A stretch of DNA of 64,000 nucleotides from the human T2T-CHM13v2.0 reference genome, Homo sapiens. The notes below the pieces were generated by a model that was given only the letters and a program-made list of their open reading frames with translations, was not told where the DNA came from and made no database searches. Shown here piece after piece: positions 41,237-58,791 of this stretch; positions within the stretch are counted from its first letter, which is position 1, and every line of letters begins with the position of its first letter. The stretch lies in assembly GCF_009914755.1 (NCBI RefSeq), contig NC_060936.1. One strand, 5' to 3'. The translations under genes were made by a program, and so were the position numbers.

Positions 41237-41594
41237 TTAGTGACATGTCATTGGGTCACCTTAGTACTGCTGGGTGGTATATACACCACTCATACCACCA
41301 AAAAATGATAAAAATAACCTCAATAACAAGAAGGGATACTTATTGAACCCTTATTGGAACCAGAGACCATGTCAGGCACTCTGTATGTTTGTTCCCTAAT
41401 TCATTTCTTTTTTTAAGTAACAAATACCCTGGAAGCTCCCTTAATTCTTGCAATTACCCTTTGAAGTATGTATGTTTTACAGATTAAAAAACAACAACAT
41501 GGCTGGGTGCAGTGGCTCACGCCTGTAATCCCAGCACTTTGGGAGGCTGAGGCGGATGGATTACGAGGTCAGGAGATTGAGACCATCCTGGCTA

Positions 41595-41792
<198 letters not shown>

Positions 41793-42004
41793 TCAGAGAG
41801 GTTTAATAAGTCTCTCAGGGTCACTCTTCAACTAAGAGCAGAGTTGGGATTTAAACCTGGTTCCAACCAGGTGCAGTGGCTCACACACGTAATCCCAACA
41901 CTTTGGGAGGCTGAGGCAGTCAGATTACCTGAGGTCAGGAGTTTGAGACCAGCCTGGCCAATATGGTGAAACCCCATCTCTACTAAAAATACAAAAATTA
42001 GTCA

Positions 42005-42223
<219 letters not shown>

Positions 42224-42334
42224 TCACGAGGTCAGGAGATCAAGACCATCCTGGCTAACACGGTGAAATCCTGTCTCTACTCAAAATACAAAAAATTAGC
42301 CGGGCGTGGTGGCGGGTGCCTGTAGTCCCAGCTA

Positions 42335-42569
<235 letters not shown>

Positions 42570-42882
42570 TTACACAAATGAACCAGGGAGAAGAGAAAAG
42601 CATGCTGTCCAAGAAGCATAGATGGGTGTGCATGTGTGTGTGTGCACGTGTGTATGTATATGTGTGTGTGCATGTATGTGGATCGATCCATTGCAAGAGA
42701 GGATACTTCTAATGCACTGTGCTTATGTGAAAGGAAAAAGGAAGTATCCAGTGCTCTGGGTCTGAACTCTTCACCAGCTCTCAACCTGTATACCCAGGGA
42801 AAGTGACAAAGAATAGGGTCATGACTAACAGCCTGCCACATTATGACTCTGATCCCTGAAACCCCTTCTGTGTTCCTCCCAG

Positions 42883-43064
42883 TGTCATTGGCACCCCCTT
42901 CTATGTGATGGAGTACTGCCCAGGTCTCATCTACAAAGACCCTTCCCTGCCAGGCTTGGAGCCCAGCCACAGACGAGCCATATACACTGCCATGAACACA
43001 GTCCTGTGCAAAATTCACAGTGTGGATCTGCAGGCTGTGGGACTTGAAGACTATGGGAAGCAAG
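42883..43064 (+). CDS. ACAD10: ACAD10 exon 9 (182 nt)
   Basis: ccag|TGTC...AAG|gtgagc; [24 protein letters not shown]...[17 protein letters not shown] (c.1243). Confidence 0.96.
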
Positions 43065-43667
43065 GTGAGCAGGAGGCCACGTCTCCCATGCTGGTTGTTT
43101 CATCACTAGTGCTTCTGCTTTTAGGATCTGAATCGTTTTGGGTCGTTTTGAGTATTAGCACACCAAGCGTAAGGCAGACTTAGCTTCTTCCTTGGAAATC
43201 CAGTTTAGTTTTAATGGAGGTGTTGCTGACTTAGGCATTTGGGCCTTCAATAAATCCCTTTATGAACTACACAGTCTTTCTTCCCTGCAACTTTTTTTTT
43301 TCATTTTTTCTTTTTTTCCCTTAAATATTCTGCTATCCAATTCCCTGCAACTTTTATCTCACTAGACCATTTAAATTTTTTTTCTGATACTGACCATAGG
43401 TATTTAAAATGTATTTTTCTCCGTTTTTTACCCTTTCCCCTAAATATTCTTTTCAACAGGAATATATGTATTTTTTGAGATGGGGGTCTCACTGTGTTGC
43501 CCAGGCTGGTCTCAAACTTCTGGGCTCAAGCCATCCTCCTGTCTCAGCCTCCCAAGTAGTTGGGACTCTGGGCATGTGCCACCGTGTCCAGTTTCAACAG
43601 GGATAGTTTTTTTGTTTGTTTGTTTTTTGAGACAGGGTCTCTCTCTGTCGCCCACACTGGAGTGTAG

Positions 43668-43847
<180 letters not shown>

Positions 43848-44177
43848 TGATTTGGCCTCCCAAAGTGTTGGGATTACAGGCATGAGCCTCTGCAGCCAGC
43901 CCTCATGTAGTTCTTACCACATGCCAAGAATAGTTCTAAGGGCTTTACATATTTTATTCTCCCAACAGCTCTATGAGGACCATCTCAAGATGAGGAAACT
44001 AAAGCATAGAGATGTTAAGTAACCTGCCTGAGATCACAGAGCTAGAGAACAACAGAGCTGGGTTTCATAGCCTGGCAGTCTGGCTCCAGGGTTCATGTGC
44101 TCAGCTAACCACTGTTGTTTAGCCAAAAAGTGATTTATGAAAGGCTATTAGGAAGCACAGAAGATCTTTTTTTTTGA

Positions 44178-44462
<285 letters not shown>

Positions 44463-44726
44463 TAAGAGGACCAGAGATCATACTTGGAGACCATATAGCT
44501 AGGAACAGCACCCAGACCACACTAATCCAGCCAAAGAGCTGGTGACTTCCACCTTGGGGCAGCAGGAGCATCATGTGGGAAATTCTCCAGTCATAGGAAC
44601 GTGTTCAAAGACACTGCACCACCCAGTGCAGAGCATGACAAAGGGTTTCACTGCACTGGTTTTTTTTTCCGCTACTTTCAGAGGTTGCTGAAATTGCACA
44701 CCAAGTTCTAATCCTATTTCCCGCAG

Positions 44727-44877
44727 GGGACTATATTCCACGCCAGGTACGAACCTGGGTTAAGCAGTATCGAGCTTCCGAAACTAGCACCATCCCAGCC
44801 ATGGAGAGGCTGATCGAATGGCTGCCCCTCCATCTTCCCCGTCAGCAGAGGACCACAGTGGTGCACGGGGACTTCAG
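44727..44877 (+). CDS. ACAD10: ACAD10 exon 10 (151 nt), ends in kinase catalytic loop HGDFR
   Basis: gcag|GGGAC...CAG|gtagat; [19 protein letters not shown]...TTVVHGDF (c.1394). Confidence 0.96.
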
Positions 44878-45015
44878 GTAGATGTGGTGGCAGGGAGAGC
44901 TGAAAAATGACAGCAAGGATGCTCCAAGGGGGAATTGAGCAATTGGTCTTGGTGCAATTTACAGCTGGGAATTATTCCTATTACAAAGCACCTGTCTGTG
45001 TGTGGCCTTTTCAGG

Positions 45016-45229
45016 CAGGGTTTCTCAGCTCTGGCACTGTGACATGTTGAATTGGATAAGTTTTTGTGGTGGGAGCTACTGTGCATTGCAGGATGTCAGG
45101 CATCATCCCTGGCCTCAACCCACTCGATGACAGTAGCACCCCTCCCCACAGAGTGTGACAACCAAAAATCTTCGCAGACCTGGTCCAGTGTTCCCAGGGA
45201 GGGCAGCATTCCTCTGTTGAGACCCACTG
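45016..45229. mobile_element. MER20 (hAT-Charlie)
   Basis: CAGGGTTTCTCAGC...CATCCCTGGCC...GTGACAACCAAAAAT...GTTGAGACCCACTG. Confidence 0.7.
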
Positions 45230-45246
45230 TTTGAAAGTAAGGCAGA

Positions 45247-45288
45247 GTCTATGGCCATACCACCCTGAACAGGCCCGATCTCATCTGA
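45247..45288 (+). pseudogene. 3'-truncated 5S rRNA retrocopy (nt 1-42)
   Basis: GTCTATGGCCATACCACCCTGAACAGGCCCGATCTCATCTGA is human 5S nt 1-42 with 4 mismatches. Flanked by direct repeat TGAAAGTAAGGCAGA. Confidence 0.92.
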
Positions 45289-45640
45289 AAGTAAGGCAGA
45301 GTGAGGGTGCCACTCACCTCCCAAGAGGCCTGGGGATGGACATTCTCACTGGGTGTAATGAAAGGATTGAAAGAGAGTGACAGGGTCTCTGGGGGTATGT
45401 GATGAGTCTGTAGCACGGCTAAAATGGGAACTTCAGTATGCCTGGCGTCTGGCGGCAGTGTCTAGCTTTATCTTATCATCTCTTGCTGTGAAAACTGCCC
45501 GTTAGGTACTTTTATAGGGTAGTGTTTATAGTGTTTTCTGCTTCGCAGCACCTGGAGACCTGCTTTTGATGCAAGCATGCCTTATTTGGCTTGTCTTCTT
45601 GCCCATCTGGGGACTCAGGCCTTTTATTAAACAAGACTAG

Positions 45641-46012
<372 letters not shown>

Positions 46013-46784
46013 TAAAGACATTTCTTTGCCTTCCAAATTTGATTGGCCTCTCTTCATTGGCTTGACCGGTGTCCCTCGCTCCCGGCTTCTTCCGTTAGCC
46101 AGCCACCTTTGGGGATCCCCCTGGGTCTGAGAGTGGACAGCTGAGCTTTCTTTGTCATGTGGTCATCACGGGAGCTTGAGGAACCTGCTTCTGCATCAGA
46201 GACTGATGGGGCCAAGTGCTTCCCCCACACTGCCTTGAACGTGGCATGCAGTTGGGCTGCATTTGACCCCCTCCTCCATCTTCTTTCTCCACTTGGGATT
46301 CTAGAGCACTTGCCTGACAACACTTTCCTTGCCAGCCATTGCCATGTATTTCCTTTGGCGGGGAAGACCTCAGGTGGCCTTTGTGTCACCAGCCCACAAC
46401 AGCTGCTCCGTGGACCTTGTCTTTGCTTCTCTTGGCACCTCAACAATCCACGAATGTGATCAAGTATACAGCAGGCAGGAGATATCCAGTGCAGTCTGAG
46501 CACCCCCTCCCCTAGCTATAGTGAAGTATGATGATCATTTAGGATGTTGCCTCCAGGAAAGGCATCCTCTGATTTTAGAGAGCGTGCTGCTGCTTATTGA
46601 TCAACACAGTCAGAGATAGTTCTGTCTTTTGATGGATAGAAGAACATTTCTTGCTAGTGGAGTGAATCAGCGGTGGTGGGAGCATAAACTGCTGCAGCTA
46701 CTTTGAAAAGTAGTAGGCAGTGGCCAGGCACGGTGACTCAAGCGTGTAATCCCAGCACTTTGGGAGGCGAAAGCGGGCAGATCA

Positions 46785-47135
<351 letters not shown>

Positions 47136-48843
47136 TCATGCTTGTAATTATAATACATGATAAATAAAGTGTAGTTTGGCCATATGTTGGAATTCTATTT
47201 AGTGAGTAAAATAAACCAATTTGCTGTACATAAGTCATAAGTCTCAAAAAAGATAATCGAAGTAGAAAAAAGTTTCAAAAGGGTAATATATCATTTATGA
47301 AAATTTAAAAATAATTGAAAGAACACTATATGTGGTATATAGGTACAGGTATAGATAAGAGAAATATAGAAATGTCTGAGACTGATATATACCAACTTCA
47401 GGGTAGCAGTAAATCTCATTTTTAAAAAATCTGAAGCAAATGTAACAAAAAAGCACGTACAATATCTGTTAAATCTGGAAGGTGGACACATGAGTTCTGT
47501 CATTATGTCATTCTCTGTATTTTTCTGCATGCTTGATGTTTACTTTTTCTTTTAAATAAAGCATGCATTACAGACAGCCCTGGCAGGAAACAGAAAGCAT
47601 GAAAGAGGCTATCTGGGGAGAGTTCAATATAGGGTTATTTAGTTCAATATAGCGTGGTTTAGAGGAACCGCTGAAGAACAGCGTGGAGTCCCGGGGCCAG
47701 TAACAGTGAGGGGTCAGTCTGACAGGGCAAGCATGTGCTGTGGTTATTGCTACTCTACAACAAACTTTGTCAGAACTGAGTGGCTGTCAACAACGACAGC
47801 AGTCATTTTGCTTATGAATCTTTGCAGTCTGGGGACAGGACAGCTTATTTCAAAGTAGGGCGGCTGTCGGGTGGGGCTGGATCTTCTGAAGACTTGCTAG
47901 CATGCTGGCCCTGGGCAGAGAAGATATTAACAGCCGGGCTCCTTGGGCCTCTCTTTCTGTCTCTTTGTGGTTCCCACATGGTCTCTCCAGCATGGCAACT
48001 TCTGGGTAACTGGACTTTTTTTTTTTGAGACAGGATCTTGCACTGTCACCCAGGCTGGAGTGTAGTGGCAATTCATAGGCTGGAACATAACTCACTGCAG
48101 CCACCAACTCCTGGGCTCAGTGATGCTCCCACCTTAGCCTCCTGAGTAGCTGGGACTACAGGCGTGCACTACCACGCTCAGCTAATTTTTAAATTTTTTT
48201 TTGTAGAGATAGGATCTTGTTATGTTGCCCGGGCTGGTCTTGAACTCCTGAGCTTAAGCAGTCCTCCGAAAATGTGGGGATTACAGGCATGAACCATTGC
48301 TCTCAGCCCTGGACTTCTTACCTGGGGGCTCAGGGCTCCAAAATAGTGTGTTTCAAGAGACAGAGGGCTGGGCAGAAGCTGTATCACGTTTTCTGACCTA
48401 GTCTAGTTTCAGGAATCCCTCAGCATCACTTCCACGTGTCTTATATCTGTTAGAAGCAAGATGCTTCACTGGGCCAAGCATTAGACTCTACCTTTTGTGG
48501 GAGGAGTGTCAAAGGATTTACAGATCTGTTTTAAAACCATCACAGGGAGGGAGTAATTCCCGGAACCCAGAGAGGCTAGCTCTCTGGGGAAGGCTGCAGA
48601 GAAGGAGCTGGGGAAATAAATAACCAGGCCCTTTCCCATCTCCTGCTTTTGATTGGCTGAGTCCAGCTGGAAGCCAGAGGGCAAGGGAGCCTTTGGAGCA
48701 CACAGCCCAGGGAGCTCAGGCACCCGGGCACAGAGGGGATGGGAGGGTGGGGAGCCAAGCCTAAAGGGCAAACAGACCACGCAGAATCCACCCTAGCCGG
48801 CAGTTTTCTTAGTGCTGTCTCTATTCCTCCTGCGACTTTTCAG

Positions 48844-48989
48844 GCTCGACAACCTGGTGTTTCATCCAGAAGAGCCAGAGGTGCTTGCTGTCCTTGACTG
48901 GGAACTTTCTACCTTGGGCGACCCCCTTGCTGATGTGGCCTACAGCTGCCTGGCTCATTACCTGCCATCCAGTTTTCCCGTGCTGAGAG
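48844..48989 (+). CDS. ACAD10: ACAD10 exon 11 (146 nt), LDN and DWE metal-binding motif
   Basis: tcag|GCTC...GAG|gtagga; [33 protein letters not shown] (c.1540). Confidence 0.96.
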
Positions 48990-49384
48990 GTAGGAACTGC
49001 TGCTGGAGGATAGTGGGGGAGCAAGCCAGTTCTCCAAGCATTTGGGAGCAAACTCAGCTGAAGTAGTCCGTGATTGGGCGGGGGAAGTGAAAGTGAGGTC
49101 CTGGTGGTTCTGGTGGGAAACATAACTAGAATGCAGTCCTGTCACATTTACGGGAAAGTGGATATAGGATGTGTTTTAAGTGAAAAGTATGCCTGTATAG
49201 GTACCGCTTATGCTTTTACACAGCTAACTTCTATTTAGGGTTTTAAATTAAAAACACATTCATTGTGGCTGGGTGTGGTGTCTCATGCCTGTAATCCCAG
49301 CACGTTGGGAGGCCAAGGCGGGTGGATCACAAGGTCAGGAGTTCCAGACCAGCCTGGCCAACATGGTGAACCCTGTCTCTACTA

Positions 49385-49582
<198 letters not shown>

Positions 49583-50038
49583 CTAGAGCCAACAGATAGC
49601 AACAACAACAAAACAGTTAAAATCATTAGTAGTCCCAGAGATAACCATTTGCTGACATTTCAGTATCTATCCATGTCATCTTTTCTTCTGTGTGTATATG
49701 TACATTTCCTAAAACAAAACAAAAATGTAACATGATCTAATGGCATGCTTTTTTTCACTTCATTGTATACTGTAGACATGTTTTCATGACATTAAGTATT
49801 TCTTCTATAGCATAATTTTTAATGAGAGCATATAATTTTATTGTATAGAATTAAGGGAAGACGGCCGGGCGCGGTGGCCCACGCCTGTAATCCCAGCACT
49901 TTGGGAGGCCGAGACGGGTGGATCACGAGGTCAGGAGATCGAGACCATCCTGGCTAACATGGTGAAACCCCGTCTCTACTAAAAATACAAAAAAATTAGC
50001 TGGGCGTGGTGGTGGGCACCTGTAGTCCCAGCTACTCA

Positions 50039-50179
<141 letters not shown>

Positions 50180-50344
50180 TTAATTCCTATTTAGATATTT
50201 AATTTGTTTCCAATTTTTTAGTATTACTTCCCCTACTTCCATGAAAAAAAGGCAGTGAACATCCTTGTAGTAATATATTTGCCTATATATAAGGTATACT
50301 CCTAAGATTAATACCTAGGAATGGAATATATTACATGCTTCTAA

Positions 50345-50500
<156 letters not shown>

Positions 50501-50780
50501 TAAGTAGCTGGGACTACAGGCACCCACCACCACGCCCGGCTAAATTTTTGTTTTTGTAGTAGACATGGGGTTTCACCGTGTTAGCCAGGATGGTCTCGAT
50601 CTCCTGACCTCATGATCCGCCCGCCTTGGCCTCCCAAAGTGCTAGGATTACAGGCGTGAGCCACTGCGCCTGGCCCGTGAAATTATTTTATTTGCTATAA
50701 TTATCATTTTCATAATTTGGTGAGATCTTTTTATTTTTATATTTATTTATTTATTTGTTTATTTGTTTATTTATTTTTGA

Positions 50781-50924
<144 letters not shown>

Positions 50925-51077
50925 TGAGTAGCTGGGATTACAGGCGTGTGCCACAATGTCTGGCTAATTTTTGTATTTTCAGTAGAGACAGGGTCTTCAC
51001 CATGTTGGCCAGGCTGGTGTCGACCTCCTGACCTCAAATGATCTGCCCTCCTCGGCCTCCTAAAGTGCTGGGATTAG

Positions 51078-51445
<368 letters not shown>

Positions 51446-51751
51446 TGACTGGTTGAAGATAATATGCATCCACCCTTAACTGTGGCCAGATGGAATTGGA
51501 AGCTCCCATTCCTTCCTTTACTGCCAGTTGAGTCTGAAACCTGTAAGAGCCAATTTGTGAATAATGACTTCATGCCTGGATCCCCAGCCATCTAAGGGAG
51601 CAAGAGCCAATGCAGGAATAAGCTAACCCATGGAACTGGTCGTGAAACTAATTTGCAAGGGACATGGCGATTTTCAGAATTTAAATATTTGCCAGCCACA
51701 GGGGCGTGTCACGTCAGTGACTACCCATGAATGGCTCTGTCTTTCTCGCAG

Positions 51752-51925
51752 GTATTAATGACTGTGACTTGACACAGCTGGGAATCCCTGCTGCAGAGGA
51801 GTATTTCAGGATGTACTGTCTCCAAATGGGGCTCCCTCCCACTGAGAACTGGAACTTCTATATGGCTTTTTCCTTTTTCCGTGTGGCTGCAATCCTACAG
51901 GGAGTCTACAAGCGATCACTCACAG
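51752..51925 (+). CDS. ACAD10: ACAD10 exon 12 (174 nt)
   Basis: gcag|GTATT...CAG|gtaatg; [22 protein letters not shown]...[16 protein letters not shown] (c.1714). Confidence 0.95.
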
Positions 51926-52080
51926 GTAATGGGATGGCTGCCCTGAAGAGCCACTGCGGGGTGAGTCACAGCAAGGACCGTGCCTCCACCTGGAAACCCT
52001 CTCAGGGCCACAGAGGCTTTGGAGAGACCGATTTGGCCAGGATTCTCTGAGGTTCAGTTAATCTAACCATTTGTCCATAA

Positions 52081-52420
<340 letters not shown>

Positions 52421-52749
52421 TAAACTTGTTTTTTAATTATTAAAGTAATGCACAAAGAAATTTTTCCAGTTAAAGCATTCATGCACATGATCAAAATTTG
52501 GTCATATAGAATTATGTAAAATTGTATCTCACCCTTTTCAACACCATTCCTCAAAGATAAATGTTACTGTTAAGAGTTTCCTGGGCCCTCCAGTTTTTCT
52601 GTTTATCTGTCTTCTCTCTCTCCTCCTACTTTTACACAAATGTGATCATCCTATGTGTATTTTTCGGTACTTTGATTTTAAAATTTTGTAAGCTTAAGAA
52701 TTTCTGTGAAATATGTGTGTGACCATTTGCATATTTAACAACTATATGA

Positions 52750-52956
<207 letters not shown>

Positions 52957-53176
52957 TAGTAGAGATGGGGTTTTGCCATGTTGGCCAGGCTGGTTTCGAA
53001 CTCCTGACCTCAGATGATCCATCCACCTCGGCCTCCCAAAGTGCTGGGATTACAGGCATGAGCCACTGAGCCCGGCCAGTCCCCAAGTCTTTAGGTAAAA
53101 CCCCTGTGGTCTTTGACAACTTCCTTGCTCGCTAGTATGACAAAATGTTCCAGGTTCATCTTGTCTATCCAGCCTA

Positions 53177-53365
<189 letters not shown>

Positions 53366-53423
53366 TCAAAAAAAAAAAAAAAAAAAGACTTGGGAGCCAA
53401 CCTGAACAGGCTCCCACTTGCTA

Positions 53424-53678
<255 letters not shown>

Positions 53679-54458
53679 TCAGGGGACTGAGGCAGGAGAG
53701 AGAATCACTTGAACCCAGGGGGCAGAGGTTGCAGTGAGCTGAGATCGCGCCTGTGCACTGCAGCCTGGGTGACTGAGCAAGACACTGTCCCCCCAAAAAT
53801 AAAAATTAAATAAATAAGTCCATGAGTAGTGATACAAAAACAAAGAGACAAAGTCTCATTGATGACCTCAGAGGTTGCCAGGAAAGCAACTTATTATTCT
53901 GAAAATTGGAAAATGGGGTGGGGGGGTGGGGAATCAAGCATTTGTCCTGTCTTTCCTGTACAAATGATACTGCAGGCTATCCAAATAATCAATGAGGGAA
54001 TGTTTCTCTCTAGAGAAGTATCCTGGACAGAATAATATAGAATTTGCATATCACCAATTTGCAACTCCTAATGCATTAATGGATGTGGGCAATAAGCTTC
54101 AATGAAAGCCAACACCACTGAGAGACAGACAGCCAGACATTATATACCTCCTGATGCTTCCCTCAAAAGTTACACTGACTCTGCCCAGGTCTCCAGTGCT
54201 AGCTGCCAACTCATGGGAAACACAGGGTTCAGAGGGACATGTTCAGCAGCACCCTGGGCACAGCACTCACAAAATCCAGATTCTGGAAAACATCACAGGG
54301 CAAACAACTCAGTTTCTTCAAACACTTACATTTCAAGGGGAGGAAAAGGGTGAAAAAGGAACCTGTAGATTGAGAGAGACTTAAAAGAAACATCAGGCTG
54401 GGCGTGGTGGCTCACGCCTGTAATCCCAGCACTGTGGGAAACCGAGGTGGGTGGATCA

Positions 54459-54674
<216 letters not shown>

Positions 54675-55221
54675 TCAGAAAAAAAAAAGGTGGGGGGAGC
54701 GGGGAGAGACTTAAAAGATACGTTAGCCAGTTACAGTGTTGGGACCTTATTTGGATCCTTTCTTGAACAAATTATTTGGAAAAAATTTTGATGATAGTCA
54801 CTGAAACTTGAATTCTGAGTGGATAGTCGATGATATGAAGAAGTTAACAGTTAACGATTTTTTAAGGGTAATAATAGTATTGTGGGTTTTTAAAAAAACA
54901 TTTGTTTTTAGAGTTTTGAAAGAATCCTAGATGAGATATTTGGGATTTACTCCAAAAAATCCAGGACAGTGGGAGTGGGGATGGCAGGGAATGAAACCAG
55001 ACTGGGCTGGCATCGATCATTGCGGAAGGCGAGCAGTAGAACCCGTAGGCTTGTTATTCTCTCCTCTCTACTCCTGTGTGTCTTTGAAATTTTCCAAAAG
55101 GAGGCCAGTCATGATGGCTCACGCCGGTAATCCTAGCACACTGGGAGGCCGAAGTAGGTGGATCACCTGAGGTCGGGAGTTTGAGACCCCTGGCCAACAT
55201 GGTGAAACCCCGTCTCCACTA

Positions 55222-55458
<237 letters not shown>

Positions 55459-57649
55459 TCACGAGGTCAGGAGATCAAGACCATCCTGGCCAACATGATG
55501 AAACCCCGTCTCTACTAAAAATACAAAAATTAGCTGGGCTTGGTGGTGTGTGCCTGTAATCCCAGCTACTAGGTGTCTGTAATCCCAGCTAACTAGGGAG
55601 GCTGAGGCAGATGAATAGCTTGAACCAGGGAGTCAGAGGTTGCAGTGAGCCGAGATTGCTTCACTGTTCACTCCAGCCTGGTGACAGAGCGAGACTCCAT
55701 CTCAAAAAAAAAAAAAAAAAAAAGAAAAGAAAAAGAAATTTTCCAAAAGCAAAACTTAAAAACAAAAGGCAAGGAGAAAGAAGGAGAAAGGAATTCATCA
55801 TGGGATTTGCTAGTGCTGATGGAGTGTTTAGCTTTGCAGTCAGTGACACCCCAAGCTTGCTGGCAGCCTGTGTTCTCAGCCAGGTTGCCAGAGTCTTCTG
55901 AGAGAAGCAGTTGCAGTAGGGGAATTGATCATTCATTCCCAAGTATATGAGCCTCTACTAAAAGCCAGCACTGTGCTAGGTGGTCCTGGAGATACACAGT
56001 CATGAGAAAAACTGTCCGGAGAAAAACCAGTACCCAGAGAATTTCTAGTTTAACTGTACCTGGTCTGATAAGCAGGGGATGCTGGAAGCAGGAATTTCTG
56101 GAAACAATATTTTCCCTCTTTTAGGAAAATACAGTATCAGCTGTAAGCCACTATTTCCCATTTTTTTTATAGTTTTCCAATAAACACTAACCAGAAATAT
56201 TTACTTAAACAGAATGGCTGCTAAGTCCTTATGGTGATGAATAGTCCTGGTCACCTCTGATATTTCCTAGCCGGCTGCCAAGTTTTCTCCCTGCTCTGCT
56301 CCAGTGACCTGGGAAAAGCTTAATAGACTGCCCATTTTAGAGTCTCCACACTGAGTGTCCTCAGCCTGTCTCTCAGGAAGCCCTTTGACATGTTTTTAAG
56401 ATCCTGTGAGCCATCGTTGTGGCTTCTGGTTTCTCTCGGCCCAGAGCTAAAACACCCCACCTGTTTGCCACCAGACAGAAAAATGTCTGTTTGTTCAGGC
56501 CTTTATTCCTCTTATCTTACTGTGCACTCCTTTCCCTCCCTCTGGGAAGCCAGCCAGACACACTGAGGAAATGGCTTAGTTTTCTCACGTAAAAACAACA
56601 AAATCCATTTTTTGAAAGAATAATATAAAAACGTATGATGAATGGGGAAAAAACCAACTATACAAACATAAATATTACTTCTGTACATTTGTCTTCTACA
56701 ATTAGCTTTAAAATCATTTTTGTTTGAACAGCTGAGATATTTGGTACTGGCCAGGAAAACTGGAGCTTAGAGAAGGGGTATCTGTTTCCAAGACATTCTC
56801 TCTATGGTGTCATTTACAAAAGACTTCAAATCAGCATTAGATTGGGAAGGGGATGAGAGAGACCAGAGCCCAGTGAGCAGAAGATTAACAGTATGTACCT
56901 GCCCAGCCCATGTGTCCTTCTCCTTCCTTAATAAGTGGGTGCAGAAATTAGATTTCTGGTAGATGGCCACTGAAATTCTATAAAGTGCTTATGACTGCAA
57001 GTTAAGTGGACACCAGTGATGTGGTCTCTTCTGCTGGAACTACATTTTGGAAAATATACCAGAAGCAATAGATCTAAATCAATCCAAGCTTATACAAGTG
57101 ACTTTTTTCAGGGACAAAGTAGCAGTCTCAGAGTGGGAGCCAACCAAATAGAAGAAAATTAAGAATACACCTCTTACTCTGTTAGAAGAAGAAAATCCTT
57201 ATGAATAATAAGGAACATAAGGGAGTATCTTTCCCTTCAATGTGCTGTGTGCAGTCCGAGGAATAAGGAATAAGCCCCCACTGTGTGTCTGCAAGGAAGA
57301 GGCTATCTGGTTTCTGACTGACTTCCCTGGGTTAGGTTCATACCTAGCACCCAGAAGGTCCTCAGTAGAGACCTATTGAGGTCCAGTAGGCTAACTCTCT
57401 GCAGGGTAGCAAAGAATTTGCTCTGAGTTTGTTCCTAACTCTGTAAGGAATAGTTTAAACTATCTTTAACACCAAAGCTGCATGAAAATGGCTGTCTCAG
57501 CTGGGCATGGTGGCTCATGCCTGTAATCCCAGCAGTTTGGTAGACTGAGACAGGAGGATTGTTTGAGGCCAGAAGTTCGAGACCAGTTTGGGCAACGTAG
57601 TAAGGCCCCATCTCTTATTTAAAAATAAATAAAATATTTATTTTTTTGA

Positions 57650-57967
<318 letters not shown>

Positions 57968-58539
57968 TAGAACTATCAATTTATCCATTTATTGGGTACA
58001 GTCTCTTGGGGACATGGAAGTGCTAGAAGTAATCCAGGAGAGCTGGCTGTGAAAAAGTTCACTGTGAGGAGACATTGTACACATAGCAATCTGGATGTGT
58101 CTCAGATGCAGGGCTCAGAGTGATGGAGGCCATACTGAAAAGGCCACATGCTGAGTGACATATGTATTTATGGGACATCCTGGAAGAGACAGACTACAGA
58201 AACAGAGATCAGTGGGTGCTGGGGATCAGGGGGGCAGGGGTTGAGTACAAAAGTACACTGGGGAAATTTCCAGATGATGGAAATATTCTGTTTTTTTTTT
58301 TTTTTTTGAAATGGAGTCTCGCTCTGTTGCCCAGGCAACCTCCGCCTCTCGGGTTCAAGTGATTCTCCTACCTCAGGCTCCCAAGTAGCTGGGACTACAG
58401 GCATGTGCCACCATGCCTGGCTAATTTTTGTATTTTTAGTAGAGACAGGTTTCACCATGTTGACCAGGCTGGTCTCAAACTCCTGACCTCCGGTGATCCA
58501 CCCGCCTCAGCCTCCAAAGTGCTGAGATTACAGGTGTGA

Positions 58540-58791
<252 letters not shown>

